DNA of 64,000 nt from Bacillota bacterium (GTDB taxonomy: Bacteria; Bacillota_I; Bacilli_A; RF39; UBA660), in NCBI GenBank assembly GCA_015059155.1, contig SVAX01000001.1, forward strand, positions 26,247 through 90,246, written 5' to 3'. The translations under genes and the position numbers were made by a program. This document shows, piece after piece, positions 18,490 through 27,461 of this stretch (its first letter is position 1; every line of letters begins with the position of its first letter). The notes under the pieces were generated by a model. It saw only the letters and a list, made by a program, of their open reading frames with translations, was not told where the DNA came from and did no database searches.

Positions 18490-20067
18490 CTATTCATTAA
18501 ATAAGTCTGGCAAATCATTTTCTAAAAGTACATATGTGTTTTTTGTAGCTAATCTATTCATAAGTGGAAAAGCATCTCTAACATCATTAAGTACAAATAT
18601 TTTCTTTTTATCAAATTTATTATCAATTAATCCATCATATATTGGTTTAGTTTGTTTTTCTCCTATCAATATTACATAATCACAAACTTGACTTATATAT
18701 TCACCAAACTTATGATTTAGTTCATATTGTTTAGGCCCTAGTTCTATCATCCCTGGAGTTACTATTATTTTTAATCCTTCCATAAGCCCTAGGACTTCTA
18801 CTGCCATTTTTGAACCAACTGGATTTGAATTATAAGCGTCATCTATAATATTAATATTTCCATATTTTTTTAATTCTAAACGGTGCTCTATAGTTTTTAC
18901 ACTACTTACACCTCTTTTTAATTCTTCTATACTAAGACCTAGTTCTTTACCTAAAAGAATTCCTGAAAGTATATTATATACATTATGTTTACCTAATAAT
19001 TTAGTATTAAATGTATATTTATTTTTATCTCCTTTAAATACACAATCAAATGTTGTACCTCTACCAGATAATTTAATATTTGTAGCATAAAGGTCCACAT
19101 CTTTATTATCTATTCCAATCCATTTAACATTACAATTATTTTTAATTTTATATTTTAATTGATATTCATCATCACCATTTAATATAGCTAATCCATCACT
19201 AGGTAAAGATTCTATAAGTTCAAATTTGCCTTTCATTATGTTTTCTCTTGAACCAAAACTTTCTAGATGAGCTTCTCCAATACTTGTAATTATTCCATAT
19301 TTAGGTTTAACTATTTTACAGTTTTGTTTAATTTCTCCTATTTTAAAAGCTCCCATTTCAGCTATAAATATATCATTAAATTTATCTAAATAATTATTTA
19401 CCGAATTAATAAGTCCATAAGGTGTATTAAAACTTTTAGGAGTAGCAAATGAATTTAATTTAACATTTAATATGTCATTTATTATATTTTTACTACTTGT
19501 TTTACCATAACTACCTGTAATACCAACTACTGGTATATTCATACTTTTTAGTTTTTTTAAAGCTTGATGCCTATAATGTAAATAAACACATTTTTCTACT
19601 GGTTTATTTATAACATTAGCAGTCATTACTACGAAGTAATTAAGATAAGTAACTAAACCTAATAATAGATAACAGTATACTAAATTATCATAACTAAAGT
19701 TAACTATAAAAGGAATTATCATTATAAAATACATTAAAAACATTGTGAATGATAATCTTTTTATTCTAGCAGTTACTACTAATGGTTTTTTAGCTATTAC
19801 TTTTTTCTTTCTATAATTTATAAATATAATTCCATAAAGAATTATAAATGAACCTATAGTAACACCTATTTCAAAAAAAAGTGTACATGTAATTAATACA
19901 AATAATATATCATTTTCATAAGCAATTCTTGATATATTAGTTAATATCCATTTAAAATATCTATTGTCATCATCATAGTAATTTTGCTGCAACATATGAA
20001 ACGATTTTTTTGTTTTAAATATTGTAAATATTAAATAAGGTATTAGTGATATTAAAAACAATGTCAT
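18490..20067 (-). CDS. murF: MurF-type Mur ligase (D-Ala-D-Ala adding) with an N-terminal polytopic membrane region in place of the usual domain 1
   Basis: P-loop GITGSYGKTSSKN and C-terminal IDDAYNSNPVGSKMA ... PGMIELG blocks typical of MurF, directly downstream of ddl. The first 160 aa or so are 4-5 hydrophobic segments. Confidence 0.7.
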   Translation of the reverse strand: MTLFLISLIPYLIFTIFKTKKSFHMLQQNYYDDDNRYFKWILTNISRIAYENDILFVLITCTLFFEIGVTIGSFIILYGIIFINYRKKKVIAKKPLVVTARIKRLSFTMFLMYFIMIIPFIVNFSYDNLVYCYLLLGLVTYLNYFVVMTANVINKPVEKCVYLHYRHQALKKLKSMNIPVVGITGSYGKTSSKNIINDILNVKLNSFATPKSFNTPYGLINSVNNYLDKFNDIFIAEMGAFKIGEIKQNCKIVKPKYGIITSIGEAHLESFGSRENIMKGKFELIESLPSDGLAILNGDDEYQLKYKIKNNCNVKWIGIDNKDVDLYATNIKLSGRGTTFDCVFKGDKNKYTFNTKLLGKHNVYNILSGILLGKELGLSIEELKRGVSSVKTIEHRLELKKYGNINIIDDAYNSNPVGSKMAVEVLGLMEGLKIIVTPGMIELGPKQYELNHKFGEYISQVCDYVILIGEKQTKPIYDGLIDNKFDKKKIFVLNDVRDAFPLMNRLATKNTYVLLENDLPDLFNE

Positions 20068-20068
20068 A

Positions 20069-20803
20069 CTACTCTCCTCCTATAAAGTTTTTTAAAATAT
20101 TTACTGTTTGTCCTAATCTTTCTAAATAAGCATAGTGACTACATCCTTCATAAGGAATAACTGCTGCATCACTAATTAATTTTTCTAACTCATAAGCTCT
20201 TTCTATTGGTACTTCCTGATCCATTGTACCCCAAACAATAAGTGTAGGACATTTAATTTTCTTAACTTCATCTGTTATATCAAGATTAACATGTTCTACT
20301 AGTATTTTTCTCATAAATTCACTAGCTTCTCTATAATCCCTAGAACCTATATGTTTTTTAGCAAATCCCTCTAATTTATTCAAAAGAGGTACTTTCTTTA
20401 AACTTTTTAATATTTTTGTTTTAGTACTAAGCTTTTTTATTTCTTGTTTAAATGGACTGCCAAATAATACTAATTTTTGTACTTTATACTTGCTTGCATA
20501 TATTAGACTTATTTTTCCTCCAAAAGAATGACCTATCATTATAGGATTACTTACTTTTAAACTTTTTAATAATTCATGTATACATTCTGTATAATCATAC
20601 ATAGTCCAAATAGTATCAGGTTCATTAGATCCTCCAAATCCTGGAAGGTCTACTATTATTATTCTATTTTGTTTTTGTAGTTTATCCCCTATTGGTTTCA
20701 TCATTTCAATATTTTGTCCCCAACCATGAAGTAAAACGATCGTATTTTTTCCTTCACCATAATCTACATAATTGATATCAACATTATTTATATGTTTAAT
20801 CAT
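20069..20803 (-). CDS. Alpha/beta-fold hydrolase
   Basis: LLHGWGQN, and a GHSFGG nucleophile elbow. Confidence 0.7.
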   Translation of the reverse strand: MIKHINNVDINYVDYGEGKNTIVLLHGWGQNIEMMKPIGDKLQKQNRIIIVDLPGFGGSNEPDTIWTMYDYTECIHELLKSLKVSNPIMIGHSFGGKISLIYASKYKVQKLVLFGSPFKQEIKKLSTKTKILKSLKKVPLLNKLEGFAKKHIGSRDYREASEFMRKILVEHVNLDITDEVKKIKCPTLIVWGTMDQEVPIERAYELEKLISDAAVIPYEGCSHYAYLERLGQTVNILKNFIGGE

Positions 20804-20869
20804 GTTATCACCATTACCATTATAACACTTTTAAATACAAAATAAAAGAAATGCAATTATTTTTTACAA

Positions 20870-21841
20870 TTATTTACACTTTTTATTATCTTTAATATTT
20901 AATTTAGTTATTATCTTATTATAAGTATTATCATATAAAATTTTATTTGTATTTTCTAAAGAAAAATATTTAAGTAAAGTTTCTTTAGTTTCATATGTTA
21001 TATTGTCATAATTATATATTGACGTTTCTAAATATTCAGAGTTTATGTCACCACAAAAACTCATATCATCAGTAGACAGCATAACATTATCTATACCTAT
21101 TATATTAGATATATAAACTATATGTTTTAAATATTCTAACTTTTGTTCTTCTTTTGATAAATTGAAATTGGGTGTTACAAAATTTCTATTAGAAAAAACA
21201 CCTACTAGTCCATTTACTTCTTTAATTAATTTAAGTTGTGTATCAGTGAGATTTCTTTTTCTATCACATAATCTTCTAGAATTAGAATGACTTGCATAGC
21301 ACACAACTTCTTTACCTAATTTTTGATTTTCTTTTATTACTCCGATAAGTCCATAAAATGTATTTAAATTAGCATGTGATAAATCTATACCAATTCCTAA
21401 ATCTATAGCTTTATTGATAAAATTTATTCCAGCTTTGGTTAATTCTTTATTTGTTCTATTACCTGAACCATATTTATTTTCAGTATTCCAAACAAGTATA
21501 ATAGATCTTAATCCTTCATTATATAGTAATTCAAGATCATTAATATTTACATAATCACAACCTTCTATGCTGTATACAAAATCAATATTTGGCAAATAAC
21601 TTTCTAATATTTGTTTTGATATTTTAAACATATCTAATACAGATACATTAGGATTATAGTAATTTTCGTGCAATTCTTCTTTCATTTCTTCTTCACTCAT
21701 GAAATAAAGATTAGCAAATATACACTTTATATTATCCTTATTACTTTTTATTTTCTTTACTATTTCTTCTATTTTACTATAATCATTTTTTAGATAGCAA
21801 ACATAACAAATAGAAAGCAAATCATAATGTGTATCTACCAT
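20870..21841 (-). CDS. Membrane-dipeptidase family (M19) protein
   Basis: DTHYDLL N-terminus, DLSHAN, and ASHSNSRRLCDRKRNLTD, matching M19 renal-dipeptidase blocks. Confidence 0.65.
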   Translation of the reverse strand: MVDTHYDLLSICYVCYLKNDYSKIEEIVKKIKSNKDNIKCIFANLYFMSEEEMKEELHENYYNPNVSVLDMFKISKQILESYLPNIDFVYSIEGCDYVNINDLELLYNEGLRSIILVWNTENKYGSGNRTNKELTKAGINFINKAIDLGIGIDLSHANLNTFYGLIGVIKENQKLGKEVVCYASHSNSRRLCDRKRNLTDTQLKLIKEVNGLVGVFSNRNFVTPNFNLSKEEQKLEYLKHIVYISNIIGIDNVMLSTDDMSFCGDINSEYLETSIYNYDNITYETKETLLKYFSLENTNKILYDNTYNKIITKLNIKDNKKCK

Positions 21842-22080
21842 ATTATCACCTCTTAATTAATTTTAGATACTATCTTGTCTAAATATTCTTTAGCTCCTAT
21901 TTCGTTTATACCAAATTAGAGCTTTTAAGTAAGAATCAACGTGGTATAAATTATTATCTATAATTATAAATCTATCGTCTAAGAAATTTTTATTTTTGTA
22001 CAAAAAAGAACTAGAATAAATCTAGTTCTAAAGTGCAAACTAAATCGTTTGCATTATTATTCTATGTATTAAATTTTTAT

Positions 22081-22881
22081 TCATACATCTTTTCTTAGAT
22101 AAATTTTTAATACTAATAAAATAATTATACTAACTATTAATAAATATAAATTAAATACTATATAATTCTTAATAATCAAATTTAACATAAGTATTATCGT
22201 TGTATTTAAGAAAATATGCATTAAAATTGGAGCTTTTAAAGTTTTATATTTTTCATAAAGATAAATAAATATAAAACTAACACCAAATGCGTATATTGCA
22301 TTTACAATATCATTATGAAATATACTAAATATAACGCTAGTAAGTATTAAAGAAACAATAGACTTATTAAATTCCTTCAATTTATTATAAACAATTCCTC
22401 TGAATACCAATTCTTCAAGTATTGGTCCTAAAATGCCAGAACATATTATTTGAATTATTATTGGTATACTACTAACTTCAAAATTATTTGTAAAATTTAG
22501 ATAGTTATTTAGTTGAAATAGTACTATATTATAAATTAGTGATATTGTTATACCAAAAGTAATTGGTATAAAGATATCTTTTAATTTAAAATTATTTGTT
22601 GTTTTATATTTTTTAAATACTATATATAAAATAGGTATAAATATTATAGCTGTTATTAAAACTATCACAAGTGATTTTGAATTTATATAACTATTAAGTT
22701 TTTCTTGATATTCTATTGTACTGATATATTTTATAAATTCACCATTTGTCATTGTTCCTTGTTCATTTGAATTAAATATAGAGACAAAAACATAATTTAT
22801 AAAAAAAGTACCCAACGAAAATATAATAGGCCAAAATAATACTTTAATTATATTCTTTATATACTTCCAACTATTTTTCAT
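22081..22881 (-). CDS. CPBP-family intramembrane glutamic endopeptidase
   Basis: Polytopic membrane protein with EELVFRG and FSIFH motifs. Confidence 0.75.
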   Translation of the reverse strand: MKNSWKYIKNIIKVLFWPIIFSLGTFFINYVFVSIFNSNEQGTMTNGEFIKYISTIEYQEKLNSYINSKSLVIVLITAIIFIPILYIVFKKYKTTNNFKLKDIFIPITFGITISLIYNIVLFQLNNYLNFTNNFEVSSIPIIIQIICSGILGPILEELVFRGIVYNKLKEFNKSIVSLILTSVIFSIFHNDIVNAIYAFGVSFIFIYLYEKYKTLKAPILMHIFLNTTIILMLNLIIKNYIVFNLYLLIVSIIILLVLKIYLRKDV

Positions 22882-23140
22882 TTTTACCTCTTTTTTGATT
22901 ATTTTTTTCTTTTTTATTATTTATAAAGTTTATTAAATAATCACGAGTTGTTACTAAAAGAATCATTCCTAATATTACAAATACTAGAAATTGAACAAAA
23001 TAAATATCTACAAAAATAGATAGAATTAAAGAAATAACAGCACTTGCAACAAACCATATAGTAACTAAATTTTTAGTAGCAAGTTCTAGTAGTGTTAAAA
23101 CTATAATTATTCCTAACCATATCCATATCATCCATATCAC
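22871..23140 (-). CDS. Small integral membrane protein (possibly an NfeD-like membrane segment)
   Basis: 89 aa with three hydrophobic segments and a basic tail. It overlaps the next gene by 11 nt. Confidence 0.45.
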   Translation of the reverse strand: MIWMIWIWLGIIIVLTLLELATKNLVTIWFVASAVISLILSIFVDIYFVQFLVFVILGMILLVTTRDYLINFINNKKEKNNQKRGKNEK

Positions 23141-23185
23141 CTATTTAAATTATACTAGGTTTTATCATTTTATTCAACAAATTTT

Positions 23186-24373
23186 TTATTTTTTTATTTG
23201 AGAAGCTTTCTTTATTATGTTAGTACCATAAATACTTTTTAATTTATCTACAACTTTATCAAGTTCATTATTTTTTTCTAAACTTTTAACATCTTCAAAC
23301 ATAGATATTTGATGAGTTTGAATATTAGAAAATTTACCTAAAGAAACTCCTACTAATCTAATACCTTCTTCATTCCATAATTCCTTAACCAATTCTTTAG
23401 CTATACTATATATTTCATCAGTATTACTTGTTGGATTTTTTAGTTTTCTTTGATGTGAATAAGTTTTAAAAGTTTTATCTTTTAATATAACTCCTATAAG
23501 CGATGTATATTTATTATTTTTTCTTAAAGTCATACTTACATTTTCTACAAGAGGATATAAAAATTTATAAATATCTTCTAAACTATTTAAATTATAGCTA
23601 GTTGTTGTTGAATTACTTATACATTCACTTTCACTTTTTTTTATATTTATAATACTATCATCTATACCTTTAGCACTATTAATAATTTTTTCTGTTTGAT
23701 TTTTAAAATATTTATATAACTTATTATAATCACTATTAGCTAGATCTCCTATTGTATTTATATTTAATTCTCTTAACCTTTTACTACTACTTTTACCTAC
23801 TCCGTATAGTTCTTCTATAGGAAGTGGATACATTTTCTTTTCTATTTCTTCTTTAAATAGTGTATGTACCCTATCTGGCTTTAAAAAATCACTTGCCATT
23901 TTCGCGCATAATTTATTATTAGCTATTCCAATATTTACTGTAAATCCTAAAGTATTTTTTATTTCACTTTTTAATTTATAAGCAAATTTTATAGGGTCCC
24001 CATATAACTTCCTTACCTTTGTATAATCTATAAAGCACTCATCCACACTTAATTTTTCAATATCAGGAGTATATTTACTTATTAAATTAAATAATTTATT
24101 AGACATTTCTTGATATAAAGCATAATTAGGAGGAAATATTTTTAAATCATTACATTTTCTTTTAGCATCTCTAATTGTTTCAGCAGTTTTAACACCTTTA
24201 CTTTTAGCAACCATACTTTTAGCAAGCACAATTCCTCTTCTTTGTGATTCATCTCCACCTATTATGGATTCTATATTTCTTATATCTATTTTATAACCTT
24301 TATTAAGTAAATCTACTGCAGTCCAAGAAAGAAAAGCATTATTTACATCTATGTGCATAAATATATTATCCAT
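23186..24373 (-). CDS. Y-family DNA polymerase (UmuC/PolY-like)
   Basis: HIDVNNAFLSW (D.NNFY-type N-terminus), SVDECFIDY, and LPIEELYGVGKSSSKRL. I place the start at the ATG at 24373 behind GGTGAT. Confidence 0.8.
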   Translation of the reverse strand: MDNIFMHIDVNNAFLSWTAVDLLNKGYKIDIRNIESIIGGDESQRRGIVLAKSMVAKSKGVKTAETIRDAKRKCNDLKIFPPNYALYQEMSNKLFNLISKYTPDIEKLSVDECFIDYTKVRKLYGDPIKFAYKLKSEIKNTLGFTVNIGIANNKLCAKMASDFLKPDRVHTLFKEEIEKKMYPLPIEELYGVGKSSSKRLRELNINTIGDLANSDYNKLYKYFKNQTEKIINSAKGIDDSIINIKKSESECISNSTTTSYNLNSLEDIYKFLYPLVENVSMTLRKNNKYTSLIGVILKDKTFKTYSHQRKLKNPTSNTDEIYSIAKELVKELWNEEGIRLVGVSLGKFSNIQTHQISMFEDVKSLEKNNELDKVVDKLKSIYGTNIIKKASQIKK

Positions 24374-24427
24374 AATTATCACCACTTTAATTATATAAAA
24401 TATAAATTTTTTAGTCAACAAAAAAAG

Positions 24428-24441
24428 CGAACATAAATTCA
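24428..24441. promoter_or_regulatory. Candidate LexA (Cheo-type) box upstream of the Y-family polymerase gene
   Basis: CGAACATAAATTCA versus the consensus CGAAC-N4-GTTCG (two mismatches in the right half). It lies 9 nt upstream of the TTGACT-17-TATAAT promoter. Confidence 0.25.
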
Positions 24442-24445
24442 CTTT

Positions 24446-24865
24446 TTAATTATAAAATTTTACAAACACCATTGTATCTTTTATTTTAAATTCCTTATCT
24501 TTATAAAAGTAATGTGCTTGTCTTCTTTGATTACCTGATGTAAGCTCTAAATACTTAACGTCATTTTCTTTGACTAACTCTTCAATTTTATCAAATAATT
24601 TTGATGCATAACCTCTTCTTCTATATTCTTTTTTTACTCCTAAATAACTTATATAGTAATATTTTTGATTTTTAATATATTCAAATCTTTCTTCTAAAAC
24701 TACAGAAGCAACTACTTCTTCTTCGTTTTTTATTACTAAAACTTTATTTTTTCTTATCATTTTTTCTATTGATTCTCTATTGCTTTCATAACCAAAAATT
24801 TCATCTATAAACTTAATATAACTATCTATATCTTTTTTCTTTAAAGTTTCTACTTCTATACTCAC
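24446..24865 (-). CDS. GNAT-family N-acetyltransferase
   Basis: LGVKKEYRRRGYASKLF acetyl-CoA binding motif, 139 aa. Confidence 0.75.
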   Translation of the reverse strand: MSIEVETLKKKDIDSYIKFIDEIFGYESNRESIEKMIRKNKVLVIKNEEEVVASVVLEERFEYIKNQKYYYISYLGVKKEYRRRGYASKLFDKIEELVKENDVKYLELTSGNQRRQAHYFYKDKEFKIKDTMVFVKFYN

Positions 24866-24884
24866 ACTATCTACCTCTTTATAA

Positions 24885-27038
24885 TTATAACATATTTTCT
24901 GAATTTATTCTTATATTATTAATCCCTATTTCAAAATAATTCTCATCTAATTTAGTTCTTTTATAGTCATAAATATACATTAAATTATTTTTGATTTTTA
25001 TTTTATATTTATTATTGAATCTATCAATTAAATAACCTTCATCTACTTTATATTTTTTTAACATATTATATTTACAAACCATTGCTTCTATATTAGCATC
25101 CACGATTACTTCTAAATTAGGATGCTTATTATATCTTTCTTTATAATTGTCTATTAAAATTCTAATTTGTTTATAATTTAATTCATGAGATAAAGTTACT
25201 TTTTTAACACCTAAACTATGTAAAAAAGCAACACTATATGAATTAGTTACATTAAGTGAAAAATCTGTATCCACAGCCTTATATTTATAAACACTACCCA
25301 AATCACTTACAAGTAATCTTTGATTATAAGCACTCAAATGTTCATTAATTCTATCTAACTTTAATACACATTTATCATCATCTATTTTATTGAATTCTTC
25401 AAGATTATCAATATAAATAATATTATATTTATCTTTAACTTTTAAATATTGTTCGTAAGTACTTATTAATATATTTTTATTGTTAGTTTTTTCAAAGTTA
25501 TCCACACATATATCATAAGCTTCTTTTTTATAATTAGTTTTGTACATCCTTGAGAAGTTTAATGTATTCATAACTTCACGTCTTAATTCATTTAATTTAT
25601 TTATTGGTACAAATATACTATCATCTTTTTCTATTTCAAGATTATCAAATTCATATATAGTATCACCTAGTTTGTTTAATTGTTCTTTTATTCTATCAGT
25701 AGTAGTTTCTGATTTTTGAGACTTTTCTACTATATAATCACTATATTTTTCAACTGTATTTTTTGCATCACTAACGATTAATTTTATAGGTTCTCCTACT
25801 TTTAAAATACATTTGCCACTTATTTTAATTTTTCTATCTATTTTTATTTTATCTTCTATTTCTTTTATTTGATTATAATCAGTAGTTTTTAATACAATAG
25901 CATTATTATCAATTGTTTCTTTAAAAGGAATACTAATTATATCACCTTTAAAAGCATTACTTACCCTATTACCATTTTTATACATAATAGTTACAATACT
26001 ACCTGTATCATTTTTACCTATTATCCTTATACCATCATTAATATTTAAATTATCATTTAATTTTATTATAGCTTGTCCTTTTTTATAATCTAAAACAGTA
26101 CCTATTTTAATACCTAAATGATTAGGTCTATATGTATTAACAAATGAATCATTTTCTTCATTAAATAAGAACCCTTTAGTAAACTGTCTATTAAACAACT
26201 TTTTCAAGTTTTTAATATCATTTTCAGTTATTTTTGTTTCTCCATATTTTACATAGTTATCTATAGCTTTACGATAAAGACTTGTTACTAAATATACATA
26301 TTCAGGTCTTTTCATTCTACCTTCTATTTTTAAACTATCTACACCACATTCAATAAGTTCTCCAATATTATCTAAAGTATTTAAATCTTTCGTACTAAGT
26401 AAATATTCATTATTACTAACAAGATCACCATCTATTTCTAAACTATATGGTTGTCTACAACTTTGAGCACATGTTCCACGATTTCCACTTCTATTACCTA
26501 TTAAAGCACTCATTAAACATTCGCCAGAATAACTCATACAAAGTGCGCCATGTACAAATATTTCTAATTCCGCATTTGTTTTATCTTTTATTTCTTTAAT
26601 CAATTCTATAGGAGTTTCACGAGCAAGTACTACTCTTTTTATACCTAACCCTTCACAAAGTTTGACACCTTCTAAATTATGTATATTGGCCTGAGTTGAA
26701 GCATGTATTTCTAAATTAGGATAAGTCTTTCTAACTAAATCTATCATACCTATATCTTGCATTATAACTGCATCTACACCTAATTGGTGTATATAATCTA
26801 TATATTCAATAAATCTATCTACTTCTACATCATATATTAAAGTATTTACAGTTATATAAACTTTAACTCCATACAAATGACAAGTATTAATAGCAATTTC
26901 TAATTCTTCACGAGAAAAATTACCAGCAAAACTTCTGGCACCAAAATTTCTACCTGATAAATAAACTGCATCACAACCTGCATTTATAGCAGCCTTTAAA
27001 CATTCCATATTTCCTACGGGAGCAAGTAACTCTGGCAT
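24885..27038 (-). CDS. Peptidase U32 family protein (long, two-module form)
   Basis: MPELLAPVGN...AGCDAVYLSG N-terminus and an E..VHGALC block typical of U32. I place the start at the ATG at 27038 behind AGGTGA. Confidence 0.8.
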   Translation of the reverse strand: MPELLAPVGNMECLKAAINAGCDAVYLSGRNFGARSFAGNFSREELEIAINTCHLYGVKVYITVNTLIYDVEVDRFIEYIDYIHQLGVDAVIMQDIGMIDLVRKTYPNLEIHASTQANIHNLEGVKLCEGLGIKRVVLARETPIELIKEIKDKTNAELEIFVHGALCMSYSGECLMSALIGNRSGNRGTCAQSCRQPYSLEIDGDLVSNNEYLLSTKDLNTLDNIGELIECGVDSLKIEGRMKRPEYVYLVTSLYRKAIDNYVKYGETKITENDIKNLKKLFNRQFTKGFLFNEENDSFVNTYRPNHLGIKIGTVLDYKKGQAIIKLNDNLNINDGIRIIGKNDTGSIVTIMYKNGNRVSNAFKGDIISIPFKETIDNNAIVLKTTDYNQIKEIEDKIKIDRKIKISGKCILKVGEPIKLIVSDAKNTVEKYSDYIVEKSQKSETTTDRIKEQLNKLGDTIYEFDNLEIEKDDSIFVPINKLNELRREVMNTLNFSRMYKTNYKKEAYDICVDNFEKTNNKNILISTYEQYLKVKDKYNIIYIDNLEEFNKIDDDKCVLKLDRINEHLSAYNQRLLVSDLGSVYKYKAVDTDFSLNVTNSYSVAFLHSLGVKKVTLSHELNYKQIRILIDNYKERYNKHPNLEVIVDANIEAMVCKYNMLKKYKVDEGYLIDRFNNKYKIKIKNNLMYIYDYKRTKLDENYFEIGINNIRINSENML

Positions 27039-27085
27039 AAACATCACCTAGATAATTATAACACACTATTCTTTTATTTAAAAGT

Positions 27086-27114
27086 TTGACAAGCAATATA
27101 TAATTTGTTATAAT
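27086..27114 (+). promoter_or_regulatory. SigA-type promoter of antisense RNA, copy B
   Basis: TTGACA (27086-27091), a 17-nt spacer, then TATAAT (27109-27114). Confidence 0.7.
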
Positions 27115-27120
27115 GAATGT

Positions 27121-27228
27121 GTCAAGGAAACTTGCATATAATAAAAAAGGGAACATTCAGTTTGGTTCACTGAATGTCTACCCATGTGAGTGGACATTTA
27201 AGCTAAATGCTTAAGTGTCATTTTTTTA
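27121..27228 (+). ncRNA. Putative antitoxin antisense RNA, copy B (about 105 nt)
   Basis: It runs from the consensus promoter to the hairpin 27193-27219 (11 bp with one GU) plus T7. It overlaps the last 11 nt of the peptide ORF and its 3' UTR in antisense. Ends are approximate. Confidence 0.6.
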
Positions 27229-27310
27229 TTGCTAATACCAACAAGGTAAGAAGCGATAAAATGATAGCGATGTATCTTAAAATTTTTATTACAAAAATTC
27301 TTTTTTTCAT
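27218..27310 (-). CDS. Type I toxin-like hydrophobic peptide (30 aa): MKKRIFVIKILRYIAIILSLLTLLVLAIKK
   Basis: My own translation. GGAGGT lies 6 nt before the ATG. The peptide has a single TM-length hydrophobic core flanked by Lys/Arg. It has its own extended -10 promoter and a terminator hairpin at 27153-27177 plus a T-run. It is too short for the ORF track. Confidence 0.65.
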   Translation of the reverse strand: MKKRIFVIKILRYIAIILSLLTLLVLAIKK

Positions 27311-27374
27311 CTTATCACCTCCAATCTTTCAAGATTAAAGGTAGACACTCAGCAACTGATATTTCCTATATGTA

Positions 27375-27403
27375 ATTATACCATTTGTATATATAATATT
27401 CAA
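27375..27403 (-). promoter_or_regulatory. Promoter of toxin mRNA, copy B
   Basis: On the minus strand: TTGAAT, a 17-nt spacer, then TATAAT preceded by TGG (extended -10). Confidence 0.55.
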
Positions 27404-27422
27404 GAAAATAAATAAAATTTCA

Positions 27423-27457
27423 CAAAAAACATAAGTTGTCTAGTGTATAGACAACTT
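27423..27457 (-). terminator. Terminator downstream of the deacetylase-like gene (T-runs on both strands)
   Basis: AAGTTGTCTA / TAGACAACTT with a 5-nt loop. Confidence 0.65.
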
Positions 27458-27461
27458 GTTT

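Larger units (their letters stand above)
27084..27400. repeat. Dispersed repeat copy B carrying the type I TA-like module (its partner is at 5145..5465)
   Basis: See copy A. The two copies are collinear in promoters, hairpins and peptide ORF. Confidence 0.9.

Noticed and set aside
26971-27156. 61-aa minus-strand ORF spanning the U32 start and the sRNA promoter.
   Set aside because: It overlaps the start of the U32 CDS out of frame and runs through the TTGACA-17-TATAAT promoter of the antisense RNA. It has no SD. The region is better explained by the TA-like module.
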